From the NCBI GenBank assembly GCA_963810275.1, contig CAWENF010000003.1:1-64000 (forward strand): a DNA stretch of 64,000 bases, given 5' to 3'. The DNA comes from an uncultured archaeon. GTDB lineage: Archaea > Thermoproteota > Bathyarchaeia > Bathyarchaeales > Bathycorpusculaceae. The notes under the pieces are model-generated. The model ran no database searches. It saw only the letters and a list, made by a program, of their open reading frames with translations, and had not been told where the DNA came from. The translations under genes were made by a program, and so were the position numbers. Numbering within the stretch: position 1 is the first letter of the stretch; each line of letters begins with the position of its first letter. Of this stretch, positions 1-9,671 are shown piece after piece.

Positions 1-442
1 CTGTCATAGAGTTGTCTTCTTGTAGTTCGCCTGTGGTGCCTCTTAGAATCCAAACAGTATTTCTTCCACCGTAATAGGTGCCGCCTAACATCAAATTAAG
101 GTGTATAAAGTTGTTTTTGTTGACGATAACTCCTTGACCTTTAATAGCAGTCATCGAATCAAAGCTGCCAGCGGTTACAGCTCCACCTTGAGTACGCATA
201 TGGAATACTGTTCTTTCTCTGCCGTTTACCTTACCTGAAATCTCAATATGGATCGGCACTACTCCGTCTTCCGTTCTTCCAGTACCATCAACCACTAAAG
301 CAAAAGAGCTAAAATTCTTGTGTGCAGAAACAGATTTGCCTTTGTGCACACCTGGAGTAGCAACTGACAAAGCAACAAAACAAGACAAAACAATACTTGC
401 CATTAACAGCACAGCAAATGCAGCAACTAGTTTAGTTCTCAA
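1..442 (-). CDS. Secreted hypothetical protein, partial (runs off the window edge)
   Basis: Read manually, not in the ORF track. TTG at 442, open to position 1: MRTKLVAAFAVLLMASIVLSCFVALSVATPGVHKGK...GELQEDNSMT, with a signal-peptide-like N-terminus. Confidence 0.75.
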   Translation of the reverse strand, partial: MRTKLVAAFAVLLMASIVLSCFVALSVATPGVHKGKSVSAHKNFSSFALVVDGTGRTEDGVVPIHIEISGKVNGRERTVFHMRTQGGAVTAGSFDSMTAIKGQGVIVNKNNFIHLNLMLGGTYYGGRNTVWILRGTTGELQEDNSMT

Positions 443-540
443 ATTAATCCCCAACAAACCAGAACGACCAAACTATATAAGCTTTATTAAACCATACGAC
501 ACATCGCTCTCTGTTCTTCACAAATCCACAACAACAAAAA

Positions 541-2397
541 CTATTGACTATTTGGCAACTCTATAAAAAATTCAGTCCCCCTACAAACATCACTCTCAAA
601 ACTGATACGCCCACCCAAAGCCTCCACCAACCGCTTAACAACCGCCAACCCAAGACCTTGACCTTTAGATTTAGTTGTCACCATAGGCGTAAAAAGCCTA
701 GGCTTAACCTCATCAGGAATACCCACACCCGTATCAGAAACAACAATACAAATCTTACCTCGCCTAACAAAACCCGCAACCTCAAGCTTCCCTCCACTGG
801 GCATAGCTTGAATCGAATTAGTCACCAAATTTGTCAAAGCCCGCCTAACAAACGCCGGATCAGTCCTAAACTTTGGACACCCCTTAAGACAAAAAGACAG
901 ATCTATGCTCTCCGGAACTTGAATCGCATCAAACACACCCACAAGAACATCCCCCAAATCAACAAAATCCACATACTCAGGATGTAACGGCCGAGCATAA
1001 TCCTGCAAATCAGCCACAATCTTGTTAATATAATCAATATTTTCCTCAATACACTCCAAACTCTCCACAGCCTCCAGCTTCACCCCCGAATCCGAAATAA
1101 AAGAAACATAATCATGCATCAAAAAAACATCACCAGAGATCGCCTGAAGCGGATTTCGAATATCATGCCCCACCATACCCGCAGTAGCACCAATAGTTGC
1201 TAAACGCTCCTTCTCGTCAAGCTGCGCCTCCAATTTTTTACGCGCCGTCAAATCAACAACAATCCCCCTCGCACCCACAATCACGTCATCCTTCATAACC
1301 GGCGCACTCGTCAACAAAACCGGAAAACGCGTCCCATCCTTTTTAACAAAAACATACTCGTTGCTCCTACGCATCCCCCCACGAAACATAGCCTTCATGT
1401 TCTTCTTCGATAACTCTACATACTCAGGGGCAACAAACCGGTTTGCATCATAGCCATACAACTCTTCTTTTGCATAGCCCAAAGTTTCCAAGGCAGTAGC
1501 ATTAGCAAAAACCACTTGCCTCTCGGCGTTTATCTCAATAACCATCTCAGGCAACTTATCAACAAGATTTCTATACTTCTGCTCACTCGCCCCCAACTCT
1601 TCTTCAGCTTTCTTACGCTCAGATATATCCCTAAAAAGAATACCAACTTGATTAGCAGAATACAAAAAACAGTAAATATCAAACCACCTCTCTGATAACT
1701 TATTATACTGCTCAAAACGCACTCCCCCACCAGTCTTAACCACCTGGCTTACACGCAAAAAGTATTCAGCTTCAAGACCTGGAATTACCTCTTTTGCCCT
1801 CTTTCCCAAAGCATCAATCGCCACAACCCCAGTTTGACACTCAAACGCTTTATTCAACTTAAGCAAACGAAAATCACAAACCTCAGAACACAAATCAAAT
1901 ATCGGCTCCACCAGCATAAAACCATCTTCACCATTATCAAACAACGTACGATACAGCTTCTCACTCTCTCTAAGAGCACCTTCAGCTTGTCTGCGCCTAG
2001 TTATATCTCGATGTATCGCAACAACTAGCTTCTTAGCCCCCCAATCAATCACACTCGCATGAATCTCCACAGGAAACAACGATTTATCCTTACGCAAATG
2101 ATAAGCTTCACAAAACGAACTACCCGTCTCAACCAAAAATCTAAATCTAGATTCAAGAAGCTCGGCTGATTCAGGCGCATTTAAGTCTTTCACATTAAGC
2201 TTTGCCATCTCCTCCCTACTGTATCCACGCATCCTACAAGCCGCATCATTAAATCTAAGAATATTACCATCTAAATCAGAAACAACAATCGAATCAGAGG
2301 ACAACTCATAAACAGCAGATACCAACCTGAAATCGTCTTCATCCTTTTTACCCTCAGCTATATCGCTATCAATTGGCAAACGCTCTGCAATACCCAA
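541..2397 (-). CDS. Multi-PAS sensor histidine kinase (kinase A, copy 1)
   Basis: Three PAS/PAC repeats (RDIT/RDIS/VDLT ends), H-box GHDIRNPL, N-box NLVTNSIQAM, G1 DTGVGI, G2 GQGLGL. Confidence 0.93.
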   Translation of the reverse strand: MGIAERLPIDSDIAEGKKDEDDFRLVSAVYELSSDSIVVSDLDGNILRFNDAACRMRGYSREEMAKLNVKDLNAPESAELLESRFRFLVETGSSFCEAYHLRKDKSLFPVEIHASVIDWGAKKLVVAIHRDITRRRQAEGALRESEKLYRTLFDNGEDGFMLVEPIFDLCSEVCDFRLLKLNKAFECQTGVVAIDALGKRAKEVIPGLEAEYFLRVSQVVKTGGGVRFEQYNKLSERWFDIYCFLYSANQVGILFRDISERKKAEEELGASEQKYRNLVDKLPEMVIEINAERQVVFANATALETLGYAKEELYGYDANRFVAPEYVELSKKNMKAMFRGGMRRSNEYVFVKKDGTRFPVLLTSAPVMKDDVIVGARGIVVDLTARKKLEAQLDEKERLATIGATAGMVGHDIRNPLQAISGDVFLMHDYVSFISDSGVKLEAVESLECIEENIDYINKIVADLQDYARPLHPEYVDFVDLGDVLVGVFDAIQVPESIDLSFCLKGCPKFRTDPAFVRRALTNLVTNSIQAMPSGGKLEVAGFVRRGKICIVVSDTGVGIPDEVKPRLFTPMVTTKSKGQGLGLAVVKRLVEALGGRISFESDVCRGTEFFIELPNSQ

Positions 2398-2595
2398 AAT
2401 AGTAACACCATCCGTTTAAATTTCTCAAATTAATCAGACAATTTCCGCTATACAACAGTGGAATTTTCTAACTTATATAAGATTACCAAACAAAAATACC
2501 AGAAACCAAACACTCTAAATCATGACCCAAAATTCATAAGCCATTTAATAAATTAAAACCTTTTTTCTAAATCAACAACAACAGAGGAAAAAACT

Positions 2596-4209
2596 ACGCC
2601 AAAAAAGCCCACATCAAACACCCACCTTCAAGAAAAAAACACAACACAACAGCCCTCACCACGCACCAAAAAAGACCAAACACACGCAACAGACCAATCC
2701 AACCAATTTATTTACGCCATGCCCAGCGCAGTAGCAGTCTATGAAGCGGTTGACGACGGCAAAGATTTTATTTTTACAGATTTTAACCCCGCAGCCGAAA
2801 GAATCGAAAAAACCACCAAAGCCTCCATTTTGGGCAAACCTGTCACCAGTGTTTTTCCCGCTGTGAAGGAATTTGGCCTATTTGATGTCTTTCAACGCGT
2901 ATACAAAACAGGAAACCCAGAACACTTCCCAATAACCATCTACAAAGACGATACCAGAAGGGGAAATTGGCGAGAAAACTGGGTTACAAAGCTGCCAAAC
3001 GGAAACATAGCAGCAATATATAACGACATCACAGAACAAAAAACAACCCAGGAAAAACTAAAAGCCAGCGAAAAACAATTCCGGCTAATTACTAACGTAG
3101 TTAGAGAAGCCATTGTTCTTGTAGACAATAAAGGCAGAATAAAATTCTGGAATCCAGCAGCCAAACGCATCTTTGGCTACTCCGAAAACGAAGCAAAAGG
3201 CAAACTACTACATGAACTCTTAATTCCAAACTCCACATACAAAGATGTAAAACAACACATAACCTCAGCATTCACCTACTTTGGAAAAAGCGGCAAAGGA
3301 AATCTCTTAAAAAACCATTTCGAAGTAACACTCGACACAAAAAACACAGAAACACGCCACCTCGAACTATCAATATCCCCAATATTCTTAGACGAAAAAT
3401 GGCATGCAGTCAGCGTAATTAGAGACATCACAGAAAAAAAACAACACGAACAACTAACAAAAAAATACTCCCAAAAACTAGAAGACACCATAAAAGAATG
3501 CACAAATGAACTAAAAACCGCCAACGAAAACCTACTAAAACTAGAACGATGGGCAGCCATAGGTGAACTCGCCGGCATGGTCGGCCACGACCTACGAAAC
3601 CCCCTCGCCGGAATAAAAAACGCAACATACATACTTAGAAAAAAACAAAACAACCTAGGCGAACTCGGCCTTAGCATCCTAGACACTATAGACCAAGCAG
3701 TTGAGCACGCTGATGACATAATAAATGATTTACTAGACTACAGCCGAGAATTACACATGCAAATTGAGCAGTACTCATCAAAAGTTCTGGTTGATTACAC
3801 ACTTCTATCTCTTCAAATCCCCCCAGACATTAAAATAAAAGAAAAAGTCCAAGACTACCCAGTAAATGTTGATGTCACAAAGGTTCAAAGAGTTTTCATA
3901 AACCTAATAAAAAACGCAATAGAAGCCATGCCAAACGGCGGAGAAATAGAAATATCCAGCAAAAAAACCGGTGATTTCGTAGAATTTCTTTTCCAAGACA
4001 CAGGCAGCGGCATGTCAGAAGAAGTCTTATCCAATATATTTACACCTCTTTTCACCACCAAAGCCCAAGGAATGGGACTTGGCCTAGCAATCTGCAAACG
4101 TTTAGTCGAAGCTAACAAAGGCCAAATCACCGTTCAAAGCACCGAAAATAAAGGAACAACCTTCACTGTCGCACTACCAACAGCCCAAACAAAAACCACC
4201 CAAAATTAA
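2596..4209 (+). CDS. PAS-PAS sensor histidine kinase (kinase B, copy 1); first ATG at 2719, probable ACG start at 2596
   Basis: Two PAS domains, H-box GHDLRNPL, NLIKNAIEAM, DTGSGM, GMGLGL. The frame is open upstream to an ACG placed after a GAGG RBS. Confidence 0.9.
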   Translation, partial: TPKKPTSNTHLQEKNTTQQPSPRTKKDQTHATDQSNQFIYAMPSAVAVYEAVDDGKDFIFTDFNPAAERIEKTTKASILGKPVTSVFPAVKEFGLFDVFQRVYKTGNPEHFPITIYKDDTRRGNWRENWVTKLPNGNIAAIYNDITEQKTTQEKLKASEKQFRLITNVVREAIVLVDNKGRIKFWNPAAKRIFGYSENEAKGKLLHELLIPNSTYKDVKQHITSAFTYFGKSGKGNLLKNHFEVTLDTKNTETRHLELSISPIFLDEKWHAVSVIRDITEKKQHEQLTKKYSQKLEDTIKECTNELKTANENLLKLERWAAIGELAGMVGHDLRNPLAGIKNATYILRKKQNNLGELGLSILDTIDQAVEHADDIINDLLDYSRELHMQIEQYSSKVLVDYTLLSLQIPPDIKIKEKVQDYPVNVDVTKVQRVFINLIKNAIEAMPNGGEIEISSKKTGDFVEFLFQDTGSGMSEEVLSNIFTPLFTTKAQGMGLGLAICKRLVEANKGQITVQSTENKGTTFTVALPTAQTKTTQN

Positions 4210-4461
4210 CACCAAACAAAAAGTTCCCCTCCTCTATTTAAAAAGTCACCAAACACCAAAACACCACCAATTACAAACGCAAACCTAACCACAATTTTAG
4301 CTACCAAAACTAAAAACAACAAATACAAACTAAAAAAGCTACTATACGCACAAGTCAAATCTTCACTTAACAAAAAAAAGTACATCACCATGTAGCAAGC
4401 AAATCTTTTTTAAACCCAATACGCATCAATTAATGTTAACAATTTTAGGAAACAATTTTCT

Positions 4462-4686
4462 ATGTTAGGCAATTTTCACGAAAAATCCTGGGTCGTGAGA
4501 CTCTCAGAAGGAACCATCGACAATAATACAATCAAAAGCCCAGACTGCAAAAACTGCAAAGCAACCACCGCCACAATCTTAAGAATCAACTACCACAACC
4601 CAAACCTAGTCCTATACGGCTGCAAAGACATCAACTGCAAACACAGGCTTCTAAAGATAGATTTAGAGCACAATTTAACCCACTAA
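4462..4686 (+). CDS. Small zinc-ribbon-like protein (copy 1)
   Basis: CKNC...CKDINC motif; frame conserved in the second copy. Start codon uncertain. Confidence 0.6.
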   Translation: MLGNFHEKSWVVRLSEGTIDNNTIKSPDCKNCKATTATILRINYHNPNLVLYGCKDINCKHRLLKIDLEHNLTH

Positions 4687-7394
4687 ACCTTAGAACCCTG
4701 AAAAGGAAAATCAACAATAAATTTCGTGCCCACACCTACCTCACTTTGATAGCTCACAGAACCATCTAAACACTCAACAAGACGCTTCACCACAGCAAGA
4801 CCAAGACCCTGCCCCTTAGATTTAGACGTAATCAACGGCAAAAAAAGCTTAGACTTAATCTCTTCAGAAATACCCACACCAGTATCTTCTACACTAAAAA
4901 ACACTCTACCAGCACAATGGTACGCCCTCACTGTTAAAGTTCCACATTCAGGCATAGCTTGCAAAGCATTATTCACCAAATTAAACAATATCCGCTTCAA
5001 CATTGAACGATCAGAGTAAAAAACAGGAAAACCCTCAGCCACTTCAATGACAACATGATGATTTTCTTGAACAAAAACAAGCAACATCACTTCTTCAATA
5101 ACATCATTGATATCGATTTCTTCACAGACAGGTCGTAACGGCCGAGAGAAATCTTGAAGGTCCGAAACTATCTTTTCAATATAAAACAGGTTAGTTTGAA
5201 CATCGCGTATGCTTTCCTCCAAACTCTTTTTAACTTCCCTCTCAGGCAACAGAGCCACTTCACCCTCGATTAGAAACATATCAGAAACAATAGCTTGAAG
5301 AGGATTGCGAATATCATGACCAACCATGCCTGCAGCAGCTCCAATCGCAGCCAAACGCTCTGAATCCTGCAAAGCTCGAGTTCGCTCTTCAACAATTTCT
5401 TCCAGATTTTTAGTATGCATTTCAAGCTGCGCTTTAACCTGCTTTAGTGCATCCTCGGCTTTCTTTCGCTCCGTAATATCAACATTAGATTCCAGCAATT
5501 CATCAATAGACTCACCATGCTCTGACTCAGGCAACCAACGACTTTGCACAACAACAGTCCCCTTACAAACATCACTCTCAAAACTAATACGACCCCCCAA
5601 AGCCTCCACCAACCGTTTAACAACCGCCAACCCAAGTCCCTGACCTTTAGATTTAGTTGTCACCATAGGCGTAAAAAGCCGAGGCTTAACCTCATCAGGA
5701 ATACCCACACCCGTATCAGAAACAACAATACAAATCTTACCTTGCCTAACAAAACCCCCAACCTCAAGTTTCCCTCCACTAGGCATAGCTTGAATCGAAT
5801 TAGTCACCAAATTTGTCAAAGCCCGCCTAACAAACGCCGGATCAGTCCTAAACTTTGGACACCCCTTAAGACAAAAAGACAGATCTATGTTCTCGGGAAC
5901 TTGAATCGCATCAAACATACCCACAAGAACATCCCCCAAATCAACAAAATCCACATACTCAGGATGCAACGGCCGAGCATAATCCTGCAAATCAGCCACA
6001 ATCTTGTTAATATAACCAATATTTTCCTCAATACACTCCAAACTCTCCACAGCCTCCAGCCTCACCCCCGAATCCGAAATAAAAGAAACACAATCACGCA
6101 ACAAAAAAACATCACCAGAGATCGCCTGAAGCGGATTTCGAATATCATGCCCCACCATACCCGCAGTAGCACCAATAGTTGCTAAACGCTCCTTCTCGTC
6201 AAGCTGCGCCTCCAGTTTTTTACGCGCCGTCAAATCAACAACAATTCCCCTCGCACCCACAACCGCGTTATCCTTCATAACAGGCGCACTCGTCAACAAA
6301 ACCGGAAAACGCGTCCCATCCTTTTTAACAAAAACATACTCGTTGCTCCTACGCATCCCCTCAAGAAACATAGCCTTCATATTCTTCTTCGAAAGCTCAA
6401 CATATTCGGGGGCAACAAGACAGTTTGCATCAAAGCCATACAACTCTTCTTTTGCATAGCCCAAAGTTTCCAACGCAGTAGAATTAGCAAAAACCACTTG
6501 CCCCTCGGCATTTATCTCAACAACCATCTCAGGCAACTTATCAACAAGATTTCTATACTTCTGCTCACTCGCCCCCAACTCTTCTTCAGCTTTCTTACGC
6601 TCAGATATATCCCTAAAAAGAATGCCAACTTGATTAGCAGAATACAAAAAACAGTAAGTATCAAACCACCTCTCTGATAACTTATTATACTGCTCAAAAC
6701 GCACTCCCCCACCGGTCTTAACCACATGATTTACACGCAAAAAGTATTCAGCTTCAAGACCTGGAATTGCCTCTTTTGCCCTCTTTCCCAAAGCATCAAT
6801 CGCCACAACCCCAGTTTGACGCTCAAACGCTTGATTCAACTTAAGCAAACGAAAATCACAAACCTCAGAACACAAATCAAATATCGGCTCCACAAGCATA
6901 AAGCCATCTTCACCATTATCAAACAACGTACGATACAGCTTCTCACTCTCTCTAAGAGCATCTTCAGCTTGTCTGCGCCTAGTTATATCTCGATGTATCG
7001 CAACAACTAGCTTCTTAGCCCCCCAATCAATCACACTCGCATGAATCTCCACAGGAAACAACGATTTATCCTTACGCAAATGATAAGCTTCACAAAACGC
7101 ACTACCCGTCTCAACCAAAAATCTAAATCTAGATTCAAGAAGCTCGGCTGATTCAGGCGCATTTAAGTCTTTCACATTAAGCTTTGCCATCTCCTCCCTA
7201 CTGTATCCACGCATCCTACAAGCCGCATCATTAAATCTAAGAATATTACCATCTAAATCAGAAACAACAATCGAATCAGAGGACAACTCATAAACAGTAG
7301 ATACCAACCTGAAATCGTCTTCATCCTTTTTGCCCTTAGCTATGTCTCTATCAATTGGCAAACTGCTCCGCAATACCCAAAATAGTAACACCAT
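4683..7394 (-). CDS. Chimeric double histidine kinase (kinase A fused in frame to the C-terminal half of kinase C)
   Basis: Three PAS domains plus HisKA/HATPase nearly identical to 541-2397, then from 'VVVQSRW' nearly identical to the C-terminal part of 9668-11170. Contains two GHDIRNPL H-boxes. Confidence 0.9.
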   Translation of the reverse strand: MVLLFWVLRSSLPIDRDIAKGKKDEDDFRLVSTVYELSSDSIVVSDLDGNILRFNDAACRMRGYSREEMAKLNVKDLNAPESAELLESRFRFLVETGSAFCEAYHLRKDKSLFPVEIHASVIDWGAKKLVVAIHRDITRRRQAEDALRESEKLYRTLFDNGEDGFMLVEPIFDLCSEVCDFRLLKLNQAFERQTGVVAIDALGKRAKEAIPGLEAEYFLRVNHVVKTGGGVRFEQYNKLSERWFDTYCFLYSANQVGILFRDISERKKAEEELGASEQKYRNLVDKLPEMVVEINAEGQVVFANSTALETLGYAKEELYGFDANCLVAPEYVELSKKNMKAMFLEGMRRSNEYVFVKKDGTRFPVLLTSAPVMKDNAVVGARGIVVDLTARKKLEAQLDEKERLATIGATAGMVGHDIRNPLQAISGDVFLLRDCVSFISDSGVRLEAVESLECIEENIGYINKIVADLQDYARPLHPEYVDFVDLGDVLVGMFDAIQVPENIDLSFCLKGCPKFRTDPAFVRRALTNLVTNSIQAMPSGGKLEVGGFVRQGKICIVVSDTGVGIPDEVKPRLFTPMVTTKSKGQGLGLAVVKRLVEALGGRISFESDVCKGTVVVQSRWLPESEHGESIDELLESNVDITERKKAEDALKQVKAQLEMHTKNLEEIVEERTRALQDSERLAAIGAAAGMVGHDIRNPLQAIVSDMFLIEGEVALLPEREVKKSLEESIRDVQTNLFYIEKIVSDLQDFSRPLRPVCEEIDINDVIEEVMLLVFVQENHHVVIEVAEGFPVFYSDRSMLKRILFNLVNNALQAMPECGTLTVRAYHCAGRVFFSVEDTGVGISEEIKSKLFLPLITSKSKGQGLGLAVVKRLVECLDGSVSYQSEVGVGTKFIVDFPFQGSKV

Positions 7395-7582
7395 CCGTTT
7401 AAATTTCTCAAATTAATCAGATAATTTCCGCGATACAATAGTGGAATTTTCTAACTTATATAAGATTACCAAACAAAAATATCAGAAACCAAACACATTC
7501 TCTAAATCATGACCCAAAATCCATAAGCCATTTAATAAACTAAAACCATTTTTCTAAATCAACAACAACTGAGGAAAAAACT

Positions 7583-9196
7583 ACGCCAAAAAAGCCCACA
7601 TCAAGCACCCACCTTCAAGAAAAAAACACAACACAACAGCCCTCACCACGCACCAAAAAAGACCAAACACACGCAGCAGACCAATCCAACCAATTTATTT
7701 ACGCCATGCCCAGCGCAGTAGCAGTCTACGAAGCGGTTGACGACGGCAAAGATTTTATTTTTACAGATTTTAACCCCGCAGCCGAAAGAATCGAAAAAAC
7801 CACCAAAGCCTCCATTTTGGGCAAACCTGTCACCAGTGTTTTTCCCGCTGTGAAGGAATTTGGCCTATTTGATGTCTTTCAACGCGTATACAAAACAGGA
7901 AACCCAGAACACTTCCCAATAACCATCTACAAAGACGATACCAGAAAAGGAAATTGGCGAGAAAACTGGGTTACAAAGCTGCCAAACGGAAACATAGCAG
8001 CAATATATAACGACATCACAGAACAAAAAACAACCCAGGAGAAACTAAAGGCCAGCGAACAGCAATTTCGGCTAATTACTAACGCAGTCAGAGAAGCCAT
8101 TGTTCTTGTGGACGATAAAGGAAAAATAAAATTCTGGAATCCAGCAGCCAAACGCATCTTTGGCTACTCCGCAAATGAAGCAAAAGGCAAACTACTACAT
8201 GAACTCTTAATTCCAAACTCGACATACAAAGATGTAAAACAACACATAACCTCAGCATTCACCTACTTTGGAAAAAGCGGCAAAGGAAATCTCTTAAAAA
8301 ACCATTTCGAAGTAACACTCGACACAAAAAACGCAGAAAAACGCCACGTCGAGCTATCAATATCCCCAATATACTTAGACGAAAAATGGCATGCAGTCAG
8401 CGTAATTAGAGACATCACAGAAAAAAAACAACACGAACAACTAACAAAAAAATACGCCCAAAAACTAGAAGACACCGTAAAAGAATGCACAAATGAACTA
8501 AAAACCGCCAACGAAAACCTACTAAAACTAGAACGATGGGCAGCTATAGGTGAACTCGCCGGCATGGTCGGCCACGATCTACGAAACCCCCTCGCCGGAA
8601 TAAAAAACGCAACATACGTACTTAGAAAAAAACAAAACAACCTAGGCGAACTCGGCCTTAGCATGCTAGACACTATAGACCAAGCAGTTGAGCACGCTGA
8701 TGACATAATTAATGATTTACTAGACTACAGCCGAGAATTACACATGCAAATTGAGCAGTACTCATCAAAAGTCCTGGTTGATTACACACTTCTATCTCTT
8801 CAAATCCCCCAAGACATTAAAATAAAAGAAAAAGTCCAAGACTACCCAGTAAATGTTGATGTCACAAAGGTTCAAAGAGTTTTCATAAACCTAATAAAAA
8901 ACGCAATAGAAGCCATGCCAAACGGCGGAGAAATAGAAATATCCAGCAAAAAAACCGGTGATTTCGTAGAATTTCTTTTCCAAGACACAGGCAGCGGCAT
9001 GTCAGAAGAAGTCTTATCCAAAATATTTACACCTCTTTTCACTACCAAAGCCCAAGGAATGGGACTTGGCCTAGCAATCTGCAAACGTTTAGTCGAAGCT
9101 AACAAAGGCCAAATCACCGTTCAAAGCACCGAAAATAAAGGAACAACCTTCACAGTCGCACTACCAACAGCCCAAACAAAAACCACCCAAAGTTAA
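7583..9196 (+). CDS. PAS-PAS sensor histidine kinase (kinase B, copy 2); first ATG at 7706, probable ACG start at 7583
   Basis: Near-identical to copy 1, with the same motifs and the same upstream RBS-ACG arrangement. Confidence 0.9.
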   Translation, partial: TPKKPTSSTHLQEKNTTQQPSPRTKKDQTHAADQSNQFIYAMPSAVAVYEAVDDGKDFIFTDFNPAAERIEKTTKASILGKPVTSVFPAVKEFGLFDVFQRVYKTGNPEHFPITIYKDDTRKGNWRENWVTKLPNGNIAAIYNDITEQKTTQEKLKASEQQFRLITNAVREAIVLVDDKGKIKFWNPAAKRIFGYSANEAKGKLLHELLIPNSTYKDVKQHITSAFTYFGKSGKGNLLKNHFEVTLDTKNAEKRHVELSISPIYLDEKWHAVSVIRDITEKKQHEQLTKKYAQKLEDTVKECTNELKTANENLLKLERWAAIGELAGMVGHDLRNPLAGIKNATYVLRKKQNNLGELGLSMLDTIDQAVEHADDIINDLLDYSRELHMQIEQYSSKVLVDYTLLSLQIPQDIKIKEKVQDYPVNVDVTKVQRVFINLIKNAIEAMPNGGEIEISSKKTGDFVEFLFQDTGSGMSEEVLSKIFTPLFTTKAQGMGLGLAICKRLVEANKGQITVQSTENKGTTFTVALPTAQTKTTQS

Positions 9197-9446
9197 CACA
9201 AAACAAAGTTCCCCTCATCTATTTAAAAAGTCACCAAACACCAAAACACCACCAATTACAAACGCAAACCTAAGCACAATTTTAGCTACCAAAACTAAAA
9301 ACAACAAATACAAACTAAAAGAGCTACTATGCGCACAAGTCAGATCTTTACGTAACAAAAAAAAGTACATCACCATGTAGCAAGCAAATCTTTTTTAAAC
9401 CCAATACGCATCAATTAATGTTAACAATTTTAGGAAACAATTTTCT

Positions 9447-9671
9447 ATGTTAGGCAATTTTCACGAAAAATCCTGGGTCGTGAGACTCTCAGAAGGAACC
9501 CTCGACAATAATACAATCAAAAGCCCAGACTGCAAAAACTGCAAAGCAACCACCGCCACAATTTTAAGAATCAACTACCACAACCCAAACCTAGTCCTTT
9601 ACGGCTGCAAAGACATCAACTGCAAACACAGGCTTTTAAAGATAGATTTAGAGCACAATTTACCCCACTAA
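9447..9671 (+). CDS. Small zinc-ribbon-like protein (copy 2)
   Basis: Near-identical to 4462-4686, all cysteines retained. Confidence 0.6.
   Translation: MLGNFHEKSWVVRLSEGTLDNNTIKSPDCKNCKATTATILRINYHNPNLVLYGCKDINCKHRLLKIDLEHNLPH

Larger units (their letters stand above)
574..5555. repeat. Tandem duplication, unit 1 (~4.98 kb)
   Basis: 574-5555 aligns by eye end to end with 5556-10540, with scattered substitutions and small indels. Confidence 0.95.

Noticed and set aside
6415-6435. LOV photosensor motif in the PAS domain that gained a Cys (DANCLV)
   Set aside because: It does not match GxNCRFLQ, and the paralog has NRFV without Cys.
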